NCBI GenBank assembly: GCA_943371165.1
Contig: CALRTW020000005.1
Location: 3,481 to 67,480, forward strand
DNA: 64,000 bases
Source of the DNA: Rhizobium sp. Q54
GTDB lineage: Bacteria; Pseudomonadota; Gammaproteobacteria; Burkholderiales; Burkholderiaceae
Direction: 5' to 3'
Within the stretch, counting starts at the first letter, position 1, and each line of letters starts with the position of its first letter. Shown here piece after piece: positions 35,038 to 43,530 of this stretch. The position numbers and the translations under genes are program-made. Under the pieces are notes generated by a model. That model had not been told where the DNA came from and ran no database searches. It saw only the letters and a list, made by a program, of their open reading frames with translations.

Positions 35038-36092
35038 ACAATTTGCCCCAAGTTAAAGATTGGTAAGTAGAGGATTATCACCAATCCCCCAATCAAAAGT
35101 CCTACGAATACAACGAGTATAGGTTCAAGGCTATGACTTAATAGCTTGAGTCGACTTGTTAGTTGCTTTTCAAGGGCGTCGGCACGATTGCTAAGCATGG
35201 TCGCTAAAGCGCCACTAGCACTGCCAATTTGGAGCAGCTGGACTGTCTCGTGATCAAAAAAATGCCGCCGCGGATCGGCGCGTTGCAAGGCCTCACCAAA
35301 AGACCACCCTTGGGCCAGTGATTTGAAGATGTGCGCACTGAGATCATGGCAAAGCCACTGATTTGAGGTTTGCGCTGTAATACGCATGGCCTCTAATGCA
35401 GGTAAGCCAGCTTGCATCAAGTAGCCTAAGCTTCGACACCAACAGGCTAAGGTCGACTGACGAAACAGATCCCCCGCCATCGGAATCTGCAATAGGTACT
35501 GATCGCAGCGCTTCTGAAAGCCCGGATGTCGCAGCCATAGCAGTGCGCTGCCAATAGCTGCTAGCGCAAGCCCGCCCCCAATCGCCGGAAAGTACAGTAT
35601 GAATTGCTCTGATGCGCTGAGAAGTAATTGCGTCGACCAAGGTAAGCGTGCATTGAAGTGACTAAATACGTCACTGAACACGGGGATAACCCAGATGATC
35701 ATCGCAATCATGAGTAAGCATGCTGAGCCTAAGGTGATCAAGGGGTAGGCCAGTGCCTGTTGTATTTGGCGACGCAATTCAATTTGGGTGTGCAATTGCT
35801 GTTGAATGGTGCGTAGTGCAAGAGTGATCTCGCCAGATTCTTCGCTGACACGGATTAATCCGATAAAGGCTGGATCAAAAATAGCGTGTTGCATGGATAA
35901 ACATTGTGAGAAGCGTTCACCCTGGCTTAGGTGATGCGCAATGAATGCCATTGCCTTTTGCCACACAGGTGAAGCTGACTGATGCATAAGCGTAATGCTC
36001 TCCAATAAGGGCAATCCGGCATCCAGCAATACCAGCAGCCGCTCTACAAAATACAGTTGCTCTTGTTTTCGAAGGGCCATGACTAATGCCAA
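35034..36092 (-). CDS. type II secretion system F-family platform protein (PilC-like)
   Basis: 352 aa polytopic protein with two GspF-type repeats, between the PilB-like ATPase and the PilD-like peptidase. Confidence 0.75.
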   Translation of the reverse strand: MALVMALRKQEQLYFVERLLVLLDAGLPLLESITLMHQSASPVWQKAMAFIAHHLSQGERFSQCLSMQHAIFDPAFIGLIRVSEESGEITLALRTIQQQLHTQIELRRQIQQALAYPLITLGSACLLMIAMIIWVIPVFSDVFSHFNARLPWSTQLLLSASEQFILYFPAIGGGLALAAIGSALLWLRHPGFQKRCDQYLLQIPMAGDLFRQSTLACWCRSLGYLMQAGLPALEAMRITAQTSNQWLCHDLSAHIFKSLAQGWSFGEALQRADPRRHFFDHETVQLLQIGSASGALATMLSNRADALEKQLTSRLKLLSHSLEPILVVFVGLLIGGLVIILYLPIFNLGQIV

Positions 36093-37261
36093 GAACCTAG
36101 TTGTGTATTGAGCTCGGCCAGGGTGATGCGGTGATGATCTACATGGACCATTCCAGCAGAGCGCATGTCTTGAAAACCGTTTTTCTGAACTTGCTTATTT
36201 AATTCAGTGGCAGTGGCTGCACTCTCAAATGCATTGGCAATGGCGCTTGTAAATGGCAAAACCTCATGGATGCCAATTCGATCAAATAGACCTGTTCCGC
36301 CGCACAGCACGCAGTTTTCCATCGACTCTTGAGCCTGGCATGCGGAACAGATTTGACGTGCTAGGCGCTGTGAGCTAATGCAACGTAGGCAGGCCCTTAA
36401 GACATCATGGGATATGCCCAAGCTAAGCAACCGTTGAATGCTGGCTAGAGCGCCGCGGGTGTGCAAGGTACTCAGTACCAGGTGGCCGGTTTGCGCAGCC
36501 TGCATAGCCAGCTCAGCCGTCACTGCATCCCGAATTTCACCAATCATGATGACATCGGGATCTTGCCGCAGCAGTGCGCGAATAATGCCATTGAATTCCA
36601 AGCCTGCTTTTGGGTGGCAGGCAATCTGATTAACACCCGTAAGACGGATCTCGATTGGATCCTCGATGGTGCATACATTTCGGCCGCTGGTATTTAATTG
36701 GTTTAAGCAGCTGTAGAGCGTGCGGGTTTTGCCGCTGCCAGTCGGTCCTGTAACCAGGATCAAACCGTCGGGCTGTGCAATGGCATCTGCGAAGTGCGCC
36801 AATTGCGGTGCATGCAAGCCAAGCAAACTCAAATCCAATGCCGTAGTGGGGGATGGCAATAAACGCACTACGGCTTTCTCCCCATGTAGCGTCGGAAGTA
36901 TGGATACGCGGCAATCGATATTGGGGCGCGCGTAATTGAGTCCAACCGAGAGTCTGCCATCTTGCGGAATGCGCTGCTCGGCAATATCCAATCTGGCTAG
37001 TATTTTGATGCGGGCAATGATGCGTTCATGCTCGACAGCAATCGGGACTTGAAGCCCCTGCAATACGCCATCGACACGGATGCGAATGACGGTGTTGTGT
37101 TCAAGTGCCTCAATGTGAATATCGCTTGCACGTGCATTAATCGCTTGGGTAACAATCGCTTGCCATACCCGAATAACCGTGAAGTCATCATTTTGTGGGG
37201 TCAAATTAATACAGCACCTTGAACAAGATTGAAGTAAGAGTCCATGCATTTGGCGCACCAA
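36083..37261 (-). CDS. GspE/PilB-family secretion ATPase, short form
   Basis: Walker A GPTGSGKT, Asp box and Walker B region (DPDVIMIGEIRD), tetracysteine CSAC...CVLCGG. At 392 aa the N-terminal GSPII_E_N domain is absent. Confidence 0.8.
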   Translation of the reverse strand: MVRQMHGLLLQSCSRCCINLTPQNDDFTVIRVWQAIVTQAINARASDIHIEALEHNTVIRIRVDGVLQGLQVPIAVEHERIIARIKILARLDIAEQRIPQDGRLSVGLNYARPNIDCRVSILPTLHGEKAVVRLLPSPTTALDLSLLGLHAPQLAHFADAIAQPDGLILVTGPTGSGKTRTLYSCLNQLNTSGRNVCTIEDPIEIRLTGVNQIACHPKAGLEFNGIIRALLRQDPDVIMIGEIRDAVTAELAMQAAQTGHLVLSTLHTRGALASIQRLLSLGISHDVLRACLRCISSQRLARQICSACQAQESMENCVLCGGTGLFDRIGIHEVLPFTSAIANAFESAATATELNKQVQKNGFQDMRSAGMVHVDHHRITLAELNTQLGSWH

Positions 37262-37344
37262 ATCGCTTGGTTTTACTGTAGCGATTGCTGGCCTGCAGCG
37301 CTATCGGCTGTGATTGAATTGCCTGTCAGATACCATAGACCCTA

Positions 37345-37863
37345 ATGACAAGTTCAGCCACCGTTCGCGGACAATCCAATCATCAGAGCAATACGTGTGT
37401 GATTGCTGCGCCGTTTGGTTGCCTGGGCATCACTACGGAAATGGTCGATGGCAGTTTGATGCTTACCCATATTCGTTATCTGCCCGCATCGGCAAAGCAT
37501 CAGGCGCCCGGTAATGCCTTAGCGGCCTTGGTAGAGGAGCAATGCCATGCCTATTTTGCCGATCCTAGGGCAGTATTTGATTTACCCTTAAAGCCCGTAG
37601 GTACTGATTTTCAACAGCGGGTATGGCGTGCGATTGCCCAGCTGCAGGCGGGTGAACGAATTACGTATGGAGCGATTGCAGCCCGCTTGCATTCAGGTCC
37701 ACGCGCCGTCGGTGGTGCGTGCGGCGCCAATTATTTTCCCTTGGTGGTTCCCTGCCACCGGGTTGTTGCGAAAGCCAATCTAGGTGGTTTTATGGGACAG
37801 GACACTCCCGGCCTCTACCGGGACATTAAGCTGTGGCTACTTAATCACGAAGCGCGCGCTTGA
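37345..37863 (+). CDS. ogt: methylated-DNA--protein-cysteine methyltransferase
   Basis: Active-site PCHRVV, preceded by ITYGAIAARLHSGPRAVGGACGAN. Confidence 0.85.
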   Translation: MTSSATVRGQSNHQSNTCVIAAPFGCLGITTEMVDGSLMLTHIRYLPASAKHQAPGNALAALVEEQCHAYFADPRAVFDLPLKPVGTDFQQRVWRAIAQLQAGERITYGAIAARLHSGPRAVGGACGANYFPLVVPCHRVVAKANLGGFMGQDTPGLYRDIKLWLLNHEARA

Positions 37864-38815
37864 TCGGTCTTCCCGCAATCGTACAAAACTGCTGCATCAA
37901 AAAATTAGAACGTGCCGCAATCAACGTGAAGTAATAAAAAAGCCATACTGTTCTGCGAGGCAGTTTGACATCGTTTCCGCGAGAAAAATGGCTTCGATCG
38001 GCAATCTTGCTGAGCGTGAGTACGGCTAACCCAAGGGCTAAAAAACAAAAGCGGCGAATACCCACCTCATTGGATGGAATCAGGCGTATGTAGTCCATTG
38101 CTTCAGCTAACTTCTGGTCAGCAATGGCTAGTAGTGCGAGTTGGCTGTAGCCTTGGGGTTTCCAGGAGACGCCGCGAGCGCTGTCTTCGGGCGAGTCCTT
38201 CAAGATATTGGTCATCTGCAAGGCTTGACCAAAGCCAATCGCCAGATGTTCACGCCCAGCAATGGCGCGCGCAAATGCAGGTGAGTGCAGTGCAAAGACG
38301 CTGGTGAGCATTTCACCGACGACCCCCGCCACTACATAACAGTACTCTTCAAATTCAGGCAAGTCGCGTAAACCCGCCAAGGTTTGTTTGTCATGAAAAC
38401 GCAGCATGCCGTTCGACATAATTTCAACGCAACGACTAATGGCAGCTTGCTCGTTTGCATTAAAGCCATGAAAAATGCGCAGTACCGTTGGGGTATTCGC
38501 AATCAGATCACGCTCGTCTGCGTTGCAATGCCCTTCGAGCGCATGCAGACACGGAATTACAAAGGCATCAACCGATTGCTTACCTAAAACAGCGTCTAGA
38601 AACAGCGAAGATAAATCCCGCTTGGCTTCGATGCTCAGGGTGGGGGCATCTTCGATCGTATCGATGATGCGGCACAGTAAATAGGTGTTCCCGATGACGG
38701 TTTCCAGCGCCTTGGGCAACAAGGGGATGGTGAGGGCAAAGGTTCTGGAAACCGCCCCCAAAATGGATTGCTGATAGGCCATGTCGGCCATGGATTGCGG
38801 ATGCACCTTGCTCAT
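37841..38815 (-). CDS. squalene/phytoene synthase family protein (squalene-synthase-like farnesyl-diphosphate farnesyltransferase)
   Basis: SRTFALTIPLLP, first Asp-rich motif DTIED, YCYVVAGVVGEM, LQMTNILKD. 23-nt convergent overlap with ogt. Confidence 0.7.
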   Translation of the reverse strand: MSKVHPQSMADMAYQQSILGAVSRTFALTIPLLPKALETVIGNTYLLCRIIDTIEDAPTLSIEAKRDLSSLFLDAVLGKQSVDAFVIPCLHALEGHCNADERDLIANTPTVLRIFHGFNANEQAAISRCVEIMSNGMLRFHDKQTLAGLRDLPEFEEYCYVVAGVVGEMLTSVFALHSPAFARAIAGREHLAIGFGQALQMTNILKDSPEDSARGVSWKPQGYSQLALLAIADQKLAEAMDYIRLIPSNEVGIRRFCFLALGLAVLTLSKIADRSHFSRGNDVKLPRRTVWLFYYFTLIAARSNFLMQQFCTIAGRPIKRALRD

Positions 38816-38908
38816 GCTGGAATTATGTCAGAGCGGCGTGCTTCAGAGGGCGTCATAAAACATATTTGCCATAAGTAACAAGGCCATATAATTTGTGCAA
38901 ATGATTAA

Positions 38909-40330
38909 ATGGGGCGGTTTGCCGTGCTGATTTGGTTTGTTGTCATCTATTGGGTAATCTCGGTTGGCATCGGCCTGTGGGCTGCTATGCGTGTCAAAAA
39001 TACGGCCGATTTTGCAGCAGCAGGCCATAGCCTCCCCTTGCCGATTGTGACCGCCATGGTTTTTGCCACCTGGTTTGGTTCGGAGGCAGTTTTAGGTATT
39101 CCAGCCGAGTTTATTAAAGAGGGTTTGGGCGGCGTCGTCTCTGACCCATTTGGATCGGCGCTCTGTTTAATCTTAGTCGGCCTCTTTTTTGCCAAGCACC
39201 TCTACAACCGCCGGATGCTCACGATTGGTGACTTCTTTCGAGAAAAATATGGCCGCACCGTCGAAGTTTTGGTTACCTTGTGCATCGTCGTTTCCTATTT
39301 AGGCTGGGTAGCAGCGCAGATCAAAGCACTGGGCTTAGTCTTTCATGTTGTGTCGGATGGCGCCATCTCCGAAAACCTCGGCATGATGATTGGTGCCGGC
39401 AGCGTTTTGATCTATACCCTGTTTGGCGGCATGTGGTCGGTGGCGATTACCGACTTCATTCAGATGATTGTGATTGTGATTGGGATGCTCTACATCAGCG
39501 GGGAGATGACCGCGCTCACCGGTGGATTTACTGTAGTGGTTGAGCATGCGGCTGCAGCTGGCAAGTTCTCTTTTTGGCCTGACATGAATCTAGTGTCTAT
39601 CCTTGGGTTTACAGCCGCGCTGTGCACCATGATGCTGGGCTCGATTCCGCAACAAGACGTCTTCCAGCGTATTAGTTCGTCCAAGAACGTCAATATCGCA
39701 GTGCAAGCCTCGATTTTGGGCGGCGTCTTGTATTTCATCTTTGCGTTTGTGCCAATGTACTTGGCCTATTCGGCAACCTTAATCGACCCTGGTTTGGTAG
39801 AGCGCTACATCAATACCGATTCGCAAATGATTTTGCCCAAGCTGGTACTCGAGCATGCGCCGGTATTTGCCCAAATTCTATTTTTTGGTGCACTGCTCTC
39901 GGCAATTAAAAGTTGTGCAAGTGCAACATTGTTGGCGCCGTCGGTCAGCTTTGCCGAAAACATCGTGCGCGGGTTTTATAAGAACTTAAGTGATCAAGGT
40001 TTGCTGAAAATTATGCGAATTACGGTCCTTTTCTTCACATTGGCCGTGACCCTATTTGCAATGAATTCGGAGCTATCTATCTTTAAGATGGTCGAAAGTG
40101 CTTATAAAGTCACTTTAGTTGCTGCATTTGTGCCTCTAGCCTTCGGAATTTACTGGTCTAGGGCCAATTCCTTGGGCGGCCTGCTTGCCGTTGTTTTTGG
40201 CTTGACAGTTTGGATTGGGGCTGAGATATTAGCTCCTGAAGCTACTTTACCGCCGCAATTGGCGGGACTCTTAGCGAGCATCGCTGGGATGCTGCTAGGT
40301 GGTCTAGTCCCCCGTTCTGCACTGCGTTAA
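38909..40330 (+). CDS. sodium:solute symporter family transporter
   Basis: 473 aa, roughly 12-13 TM helices, N-terminal pattern GLWAAMRVKNTADFAAAGHSLP typical of the SSF family. Substrate unknown. Confidence 0.7.
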   Translation: MGRFAVLIWFVVIYWVISVGIGLWAAMRVKNTADFAAAGHSLPLPIVTAMVFATWFGSEAVLGIPAEFIKEGLGGVVSDPFGSALCLILVGLFFAKHLYNRRMLTIGDFFREKYGRTVEVLVTLCIVVSYLGWVAAQIKALGLVFHVVSDGAISENLGMMIGAGSVLIYTLFGGMWSVAITDFIQMIVIVIGMLYISGEMTALTGGFTVVVEHAAAAGKFSFWPDMNLVSILGFTAALCTMMLGSIPQQDVFQRISSSKNVNIAVQASILGGVLYFIFAFVPMYLAYSATLIDPGLVERYINTDSQMILPKLVLEHAPVFAQILFFGALLSAIKSCASATLLAPSVSFAENIVRGFYKNLSDQGLLKIMRITVLFFTLAVTLFAMNSELSIFKMVESAYKVTLVAAFVPLAFGIYWSRANSLGGLLAVVFGLTVWIGAEILAPEATLPPQLAGLLASIAGMLLGGLVPRSALR

Positions 40331-40443
40331 GTGCAGGTTGAATAATTTGTATTTTGTTGTGATTGATCCGCTGCGCGAGATCTCGCAGCAAAAGTTGCCT
40401 ACGATGGGTGCAATGAAAAATTTTTTGTTCTTATGGAGTTGTT

Positions 40444-41463
40444 ATGAAAATCTGTGTGATCGGCGGGGGTGGAGCCATTGGCGGCTACCTAGCTGTCATG
40501 TTAGCGAGAGCTGGCAATGATGTAACGGTGGTCGCCCGAGGGGCCACATTAAAAGCAATTCAGGAAAGGGGGCTGGCACTCATTACCAATGAAGAGCCAG
40601 AGCCCTTGCATGCCTCCGTTACCGCGGTTGAAAAGATTACCGATGCCGGTAAGCCGGACATCATTATTTTGGCGGTCAAAGCCCACCAAGTGGAGCCAGT
40701 CGTTCACGATATGGCAGCGATCATGGGCCCTGACACGATCTTAATCCCCATGCAAAACGGAATTCCGTGGTGGTACTTTCAAAAGTTGCCTGGCGAGTAT
40801 CAAGACCATTCCGTTGAGACGGTGGATGCAGGTGGCCTCATCATGCGTACGATCAATCCCAACAACATTTTGGGTTGCGTGGTGTACCCCGCTACATTTA
40901 CACAAGCGCCTGGCGTGATCCGCCATGTGGAAGGTACGCGCTTCCCGATTGGTGAGCTTGATGGCTCCGTATCCGATCGCGCGAAGATGGTTTCCGAGTT
41001 AATGGCAGCTGCTGGTTTTAAGTCGCCGATTTTGGAAGACATCCGTGCCGAGATTTGGCTCAAACTTTGGGGCAATATGACCTTCAATCCGATCAGCGCC
41101 TTAACGCATGGTCACCTCGAAGGAATTTGCCAGCATCCGCTCACCAAAGATCTAGCGCGCAATATGATGGCCGAGGCGCAAACCATTGGAGAGAAGCTGG
41201 GCGTTACCTTCCGCGTTGATATTGAGCGCCGCATTGGTGGCGCTGAAAAAGTCGGCAAACATAAAACATCCATGCTGCAGGATTTAGAAGCCGGTCGTTC
41301 GCTCGAGATTGATGCTTTGCTGGGTTCCGTTATCGAGCTGGGTCAGATCACCAAGATCCCAACACCATGCCTCAGCACGGTTTTTGCATTAACCAAAGTG
41401 CTGGATGAAAACGTCCAAGCGTCCAATGGCAGTTTGGCTTTGCCATTTGCCGCGGGATATTAA
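40444..41463 (+). CDS. 2-dehydropantoate 2-reductase family oxidoreductase (PanE/ApbA-like)
   Basis: N-terminal Rossmann motif KICVIGGGGAIGGYLA, later KTSMLQDLEAGRSLEID typical of ketopantoate reductases. Confidence 0.7.
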   Translation: MKICVIGGGGAIGGYLAVMLARAGNDVTVVARGATLKAIQERGLALITNEEPEPLHASVTAVEKITDAGKPDIIILAVKAHQVEPVVHDMAAIMGPDTILIPMQNGIPWWYFQKLPGEYQDHSVETVDAGGLIMRTINPNNILGCVVYPATFTQAPGVIRHVEGTRFPIGELDGSVSDRAKMVSELMAAAGFKSPILEDIRAEIWLKLWGNMTFNPISALTHGHLEGICQHPLTKDLARNMMAEAQTIGEKLGVTFRVDIERRIGGAEKVGKHKTSMLQDLEAGRSLEIDALLGSVIELGQITKIPTPCLSTVFALTKVLDENVQASNGSLALPFAAGY

Positions 41464-41520
41464 GCCGGGTTGATGGATTGATGCGGAGTTCTACAGTTTT
41501 ATAAGGTTTGTTCAGTAGTT

Positions 41521-41558
41521 AAAAAAGCCTCAAAGCAGCAATGCCTTGAGGCTTTTTT
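41521..41558. terminator. bidirectional rho-independent terminator
   Basis: AAAAAA-GCCTCAAAGCA-gcaa-TGCCTTGAGGC-TTTTTT, 11-bp stem with 1 mismatch, between the convergent PanE-like and FAH-family genes. Confidence 0.75.
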
Positions 41559-41573
41559 ATTGGTCCTGCATCT

Positions 41574-42341
41574 TTACTCGAACGTGTTGTCGAGCTGTCC
41601 AACGCCATCAATAACGATGCTGACCTTGCTGCCAGGCTTCATCGAGCCAACACCAACCGAGGTGCCGCAGGCAATGATGTCACCGACTTCGAGTGTGATG
41701 TCTTGCGAAATTAAACTGACCAATTTGGCGGGCTGGAAAATCATATCGGCAACCGGGTAATTTTGACGCTCTTGATCGTTCAAGATGGTCTTAATGTGCA
41801 ACTGGCTTGGGTCAATGCCAGTGGTGATGTAGGGACCAAAGACGCCAAAGGTATCAAAGCTCTTCGAGCGAGTCCACTGGGCATAGCCGGGATCACGGTT
41901 GAGGATTTCAATGGCAGTAACGTCATTAATGCAGGTGTAGCCAAAAATAGCAGAGGCAGCCTCAGCCTCGCTAATGCCTTGGCAGCGCCGCCCAATCACA
42001 ATGCCGAGCTCTCCTTCGTACACCACTTTGCCAGAGTAGGACTTGGGCATGCGAATGGTTTGATTGGCAGCCAGAAATGAGGTATTGGATTTTAAGAAAT
42101 ACAGTGGCTCTGCTGGTACTGCATGCTCAAGCTTAGTCACCAGGGCATGGAAGTTATCAACGAGCGCAACCATCTTGGTTGGTACGCAAGGAATATCAAT
42201 CACGACATCCGATAGCTTTAGGGTGGCACCGGTTGGCGTGGGATTACAAAACATGTCGCCGCTGTACACCGTAATGTGATCCTTCTGAACTTGCCCAAAG
42301 CCAATTTGACCTTGGTGCTGATAGCGTACCCATTGCGTCAT
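41574..42341 (-). CDS. fumarylacetoacetate hydrolase (FAH) family protein
   Basis: 255 aa. YEGELGIVIGRR, TCINDVTA and DIIACGTSVGVG are typical FAH-fold motifs. Confidence 0.8.
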   Translation of the reverse strand: MTQWVRYQHQGQIGFGQVQKDHITVYSGDMFCNPTPTGATLKLSDVVIDIPCVPTKMVALVDNFHALVTKLEHAVPAEPLYFLKSNTSFLAANQTIRMPKSYSGKVVYEGELGIVIGRRCQGISEAEAASAIFGYTCINDVTAIEILNRDPGYAQWTRSKSFDTFGVFGPYITTGIDPSQLHIKTILNDQERQNYPVADMIFQPAKLVSLISQDITLEVGDIIACGTSVGVGSMKPGSKVSIVIDGVGQLDNTFE

Positions 42342-42396
42342 AATGAATTCCTCTTGTTTTCAGTATTGATGCGTTCTATCTTATCAAGGATCGGTT

Positions 42397-43341
42397 ATGT
42401 CCCAGTCTGCTCCCCCAGCTGAAATCCATTTTGCGCCGGAATTCGATCAGCCTGTGGGCTACATGCTGCGCACCAGAAGCTACTACTTGGGCTTAGGCTA
42501 TGAAAATCCCTATGTCTGGGCGCATTACATCGACGCGCCATTTACCCCTCTTAAAAAGCCACTGAGCGCATCCAGATTAGCTTTGGTGACAACCGCAGCG
42601 CCGTATCAAGCTGATAAAGGACCGCAAGGTACGGGCGCGCCATATAACGCCAGCGCAAAGTTTTATGAGCCCTTTGCGGCTGCAATGGCTAGCAAGCCGG
42701 ATTTGCGCATTGCCCATGTTGGAATTGATCGCAAGCACGCCAATATGAGCGATAGCGAATGTTGGTTTCCGTATGAGGCAGCGCAGGCCGCGCAGCAATC
42801 GGGCCGCATTGCATCACTCTCCCCGCGCTTTTATGGCTTGCCAAGCAATCGCAGCCAGCGCCATACCGTGGAGATTGATGCGCCCGCCATCATTGCCATG
42901 TGCCAAGCAGATGCAGTGGATGTGGCGGTATTGATCCCGAATTGCCCGATCTGCCACCAATCCCAAAGTTTATTGGCTAGGGCCTTAGAGGCTGCAGGGA
43001 TATCCACTGTCGTGATGGCAAGCGCGAAAGACATTGTTGAGTACTGCGGTGTGCCGCGCATGCTCTTTAGTGATTTTCCGCTGGGTAATGCTGCAGCAAG
43101 ACCAAATGATCCCGGGTCACGCGCAACTAATTTTGAGTTGGCATTGCGTTTATTGGAGTCAGCGGTCGGACCTCGAACTACGATGCAGTCGCCGCTAATC
43201 TGGAGTGATGATCCAAGCTGGAAGCTCGACTATTCGAATATTGAGCGCTTGTCCCCGGAAGAGGTGGCACGTTTGAAAGCGGAGGCGGAGGCGGCACGCG
43301 AAACAGCCAAAGCCTTACGATTAAAAACGGTGGGCAAGTAA
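42397..43341 (+). CDS. GrdB/PrdB-family (glycine/sarcosine/betaine/D-proline reductase B-like) protein, Cys variant
   Basis: C-terminal half [36 protein letters not shown]...[12 protein letters not shown] resembles the proteobacterial GRDB-like pattern as I recall it (V..L.P.CP.C...LE..GI.TV...PR.L...FplG). Has a CPxC motif where the clostridial enzymes carry selenocysteine. Confidence 0.55.
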   Translation: MSQSAPPAEIHFAPEFDQPVGYMLRTRSYYLGLGYENPYVWAHYIDAPFTPLKKPLSASRLALVTTAAPYQADKGPQGTGAPYNASAKFYEPFAAAMASKPDLRIAHVGIDRKHANMSDSECWFPYEAAQAAQQSGRIASLSPRFYGLPSNRSQRHTVEIDAPAIIAMCQADAVDVAVLIPNCPICHQSQSLLARALEAAGISTVVMASAKDIVEYCGVPRMLFSDFPLGNAAARPNDPGSRATNFELALRLLESAVGPRTTMQSPLIWSDDPSWKLDYSNIERLSPEEVARLKAEAEAARETAKALRLKTVGK

Positions 43342-43358
43342 ATCAATCCATGGGGGGG

Positions 43359-43435
43359 TGGTCGGAATGAGAGGATTCGAACCTCCGACCCCCTCGTCCC
43401 GAACGAGGTGCGCTACCAGGCTGCGCTACATTCCG
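43359..43435 (-). tRNA. tRNA-Pro (anticodon CGG)
   Basis: Reverse complement CGGAATGTAGCGCAGCCTGGTAGCGCACCTCGTTCGGGACGAGGGGGTCGGAGGTTCGAATCCTCTCATTCCGACCA folds as a cloverleaf: 7-bp acceptor stem, anticodon loop TTCGGGA, TTCGAAT T-loop, encoded CCA. Confidence 0.9.
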
Positions 43436-43530
43436 TGTTGTATTGCTCTGTACTCATGCTGACTACTGGGTTTGCCAGTATGTCTATTTTATCCGACTAG
43501 CGCCGCTTAAAAAAGAGTCAGTGTGGGCTA

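Noticed and set aside
40371-40388. GCGAGATCTCGC perfect 12-bp palindrome between the symporter and the PanE-like gene
   Set aside because: It is short, has no T-tract, and matches no operator consensus I recognise. It could be a weak terminator or could have arisen by chance.
37262-43435. Genomic island integrated at tRNA-Pro (block containing ogt, SQS-like, SSF, PanE-like, FAH, GrdB-like)
   Set aside because: The block lies on the 3' side of tRNA-Pro and looks less conserved than its flanks. However, I found no integrase, no direct repeat of the tRNA 3' end near 37.3 kb, no mobility genes, and no obvious compositional shift by eye.
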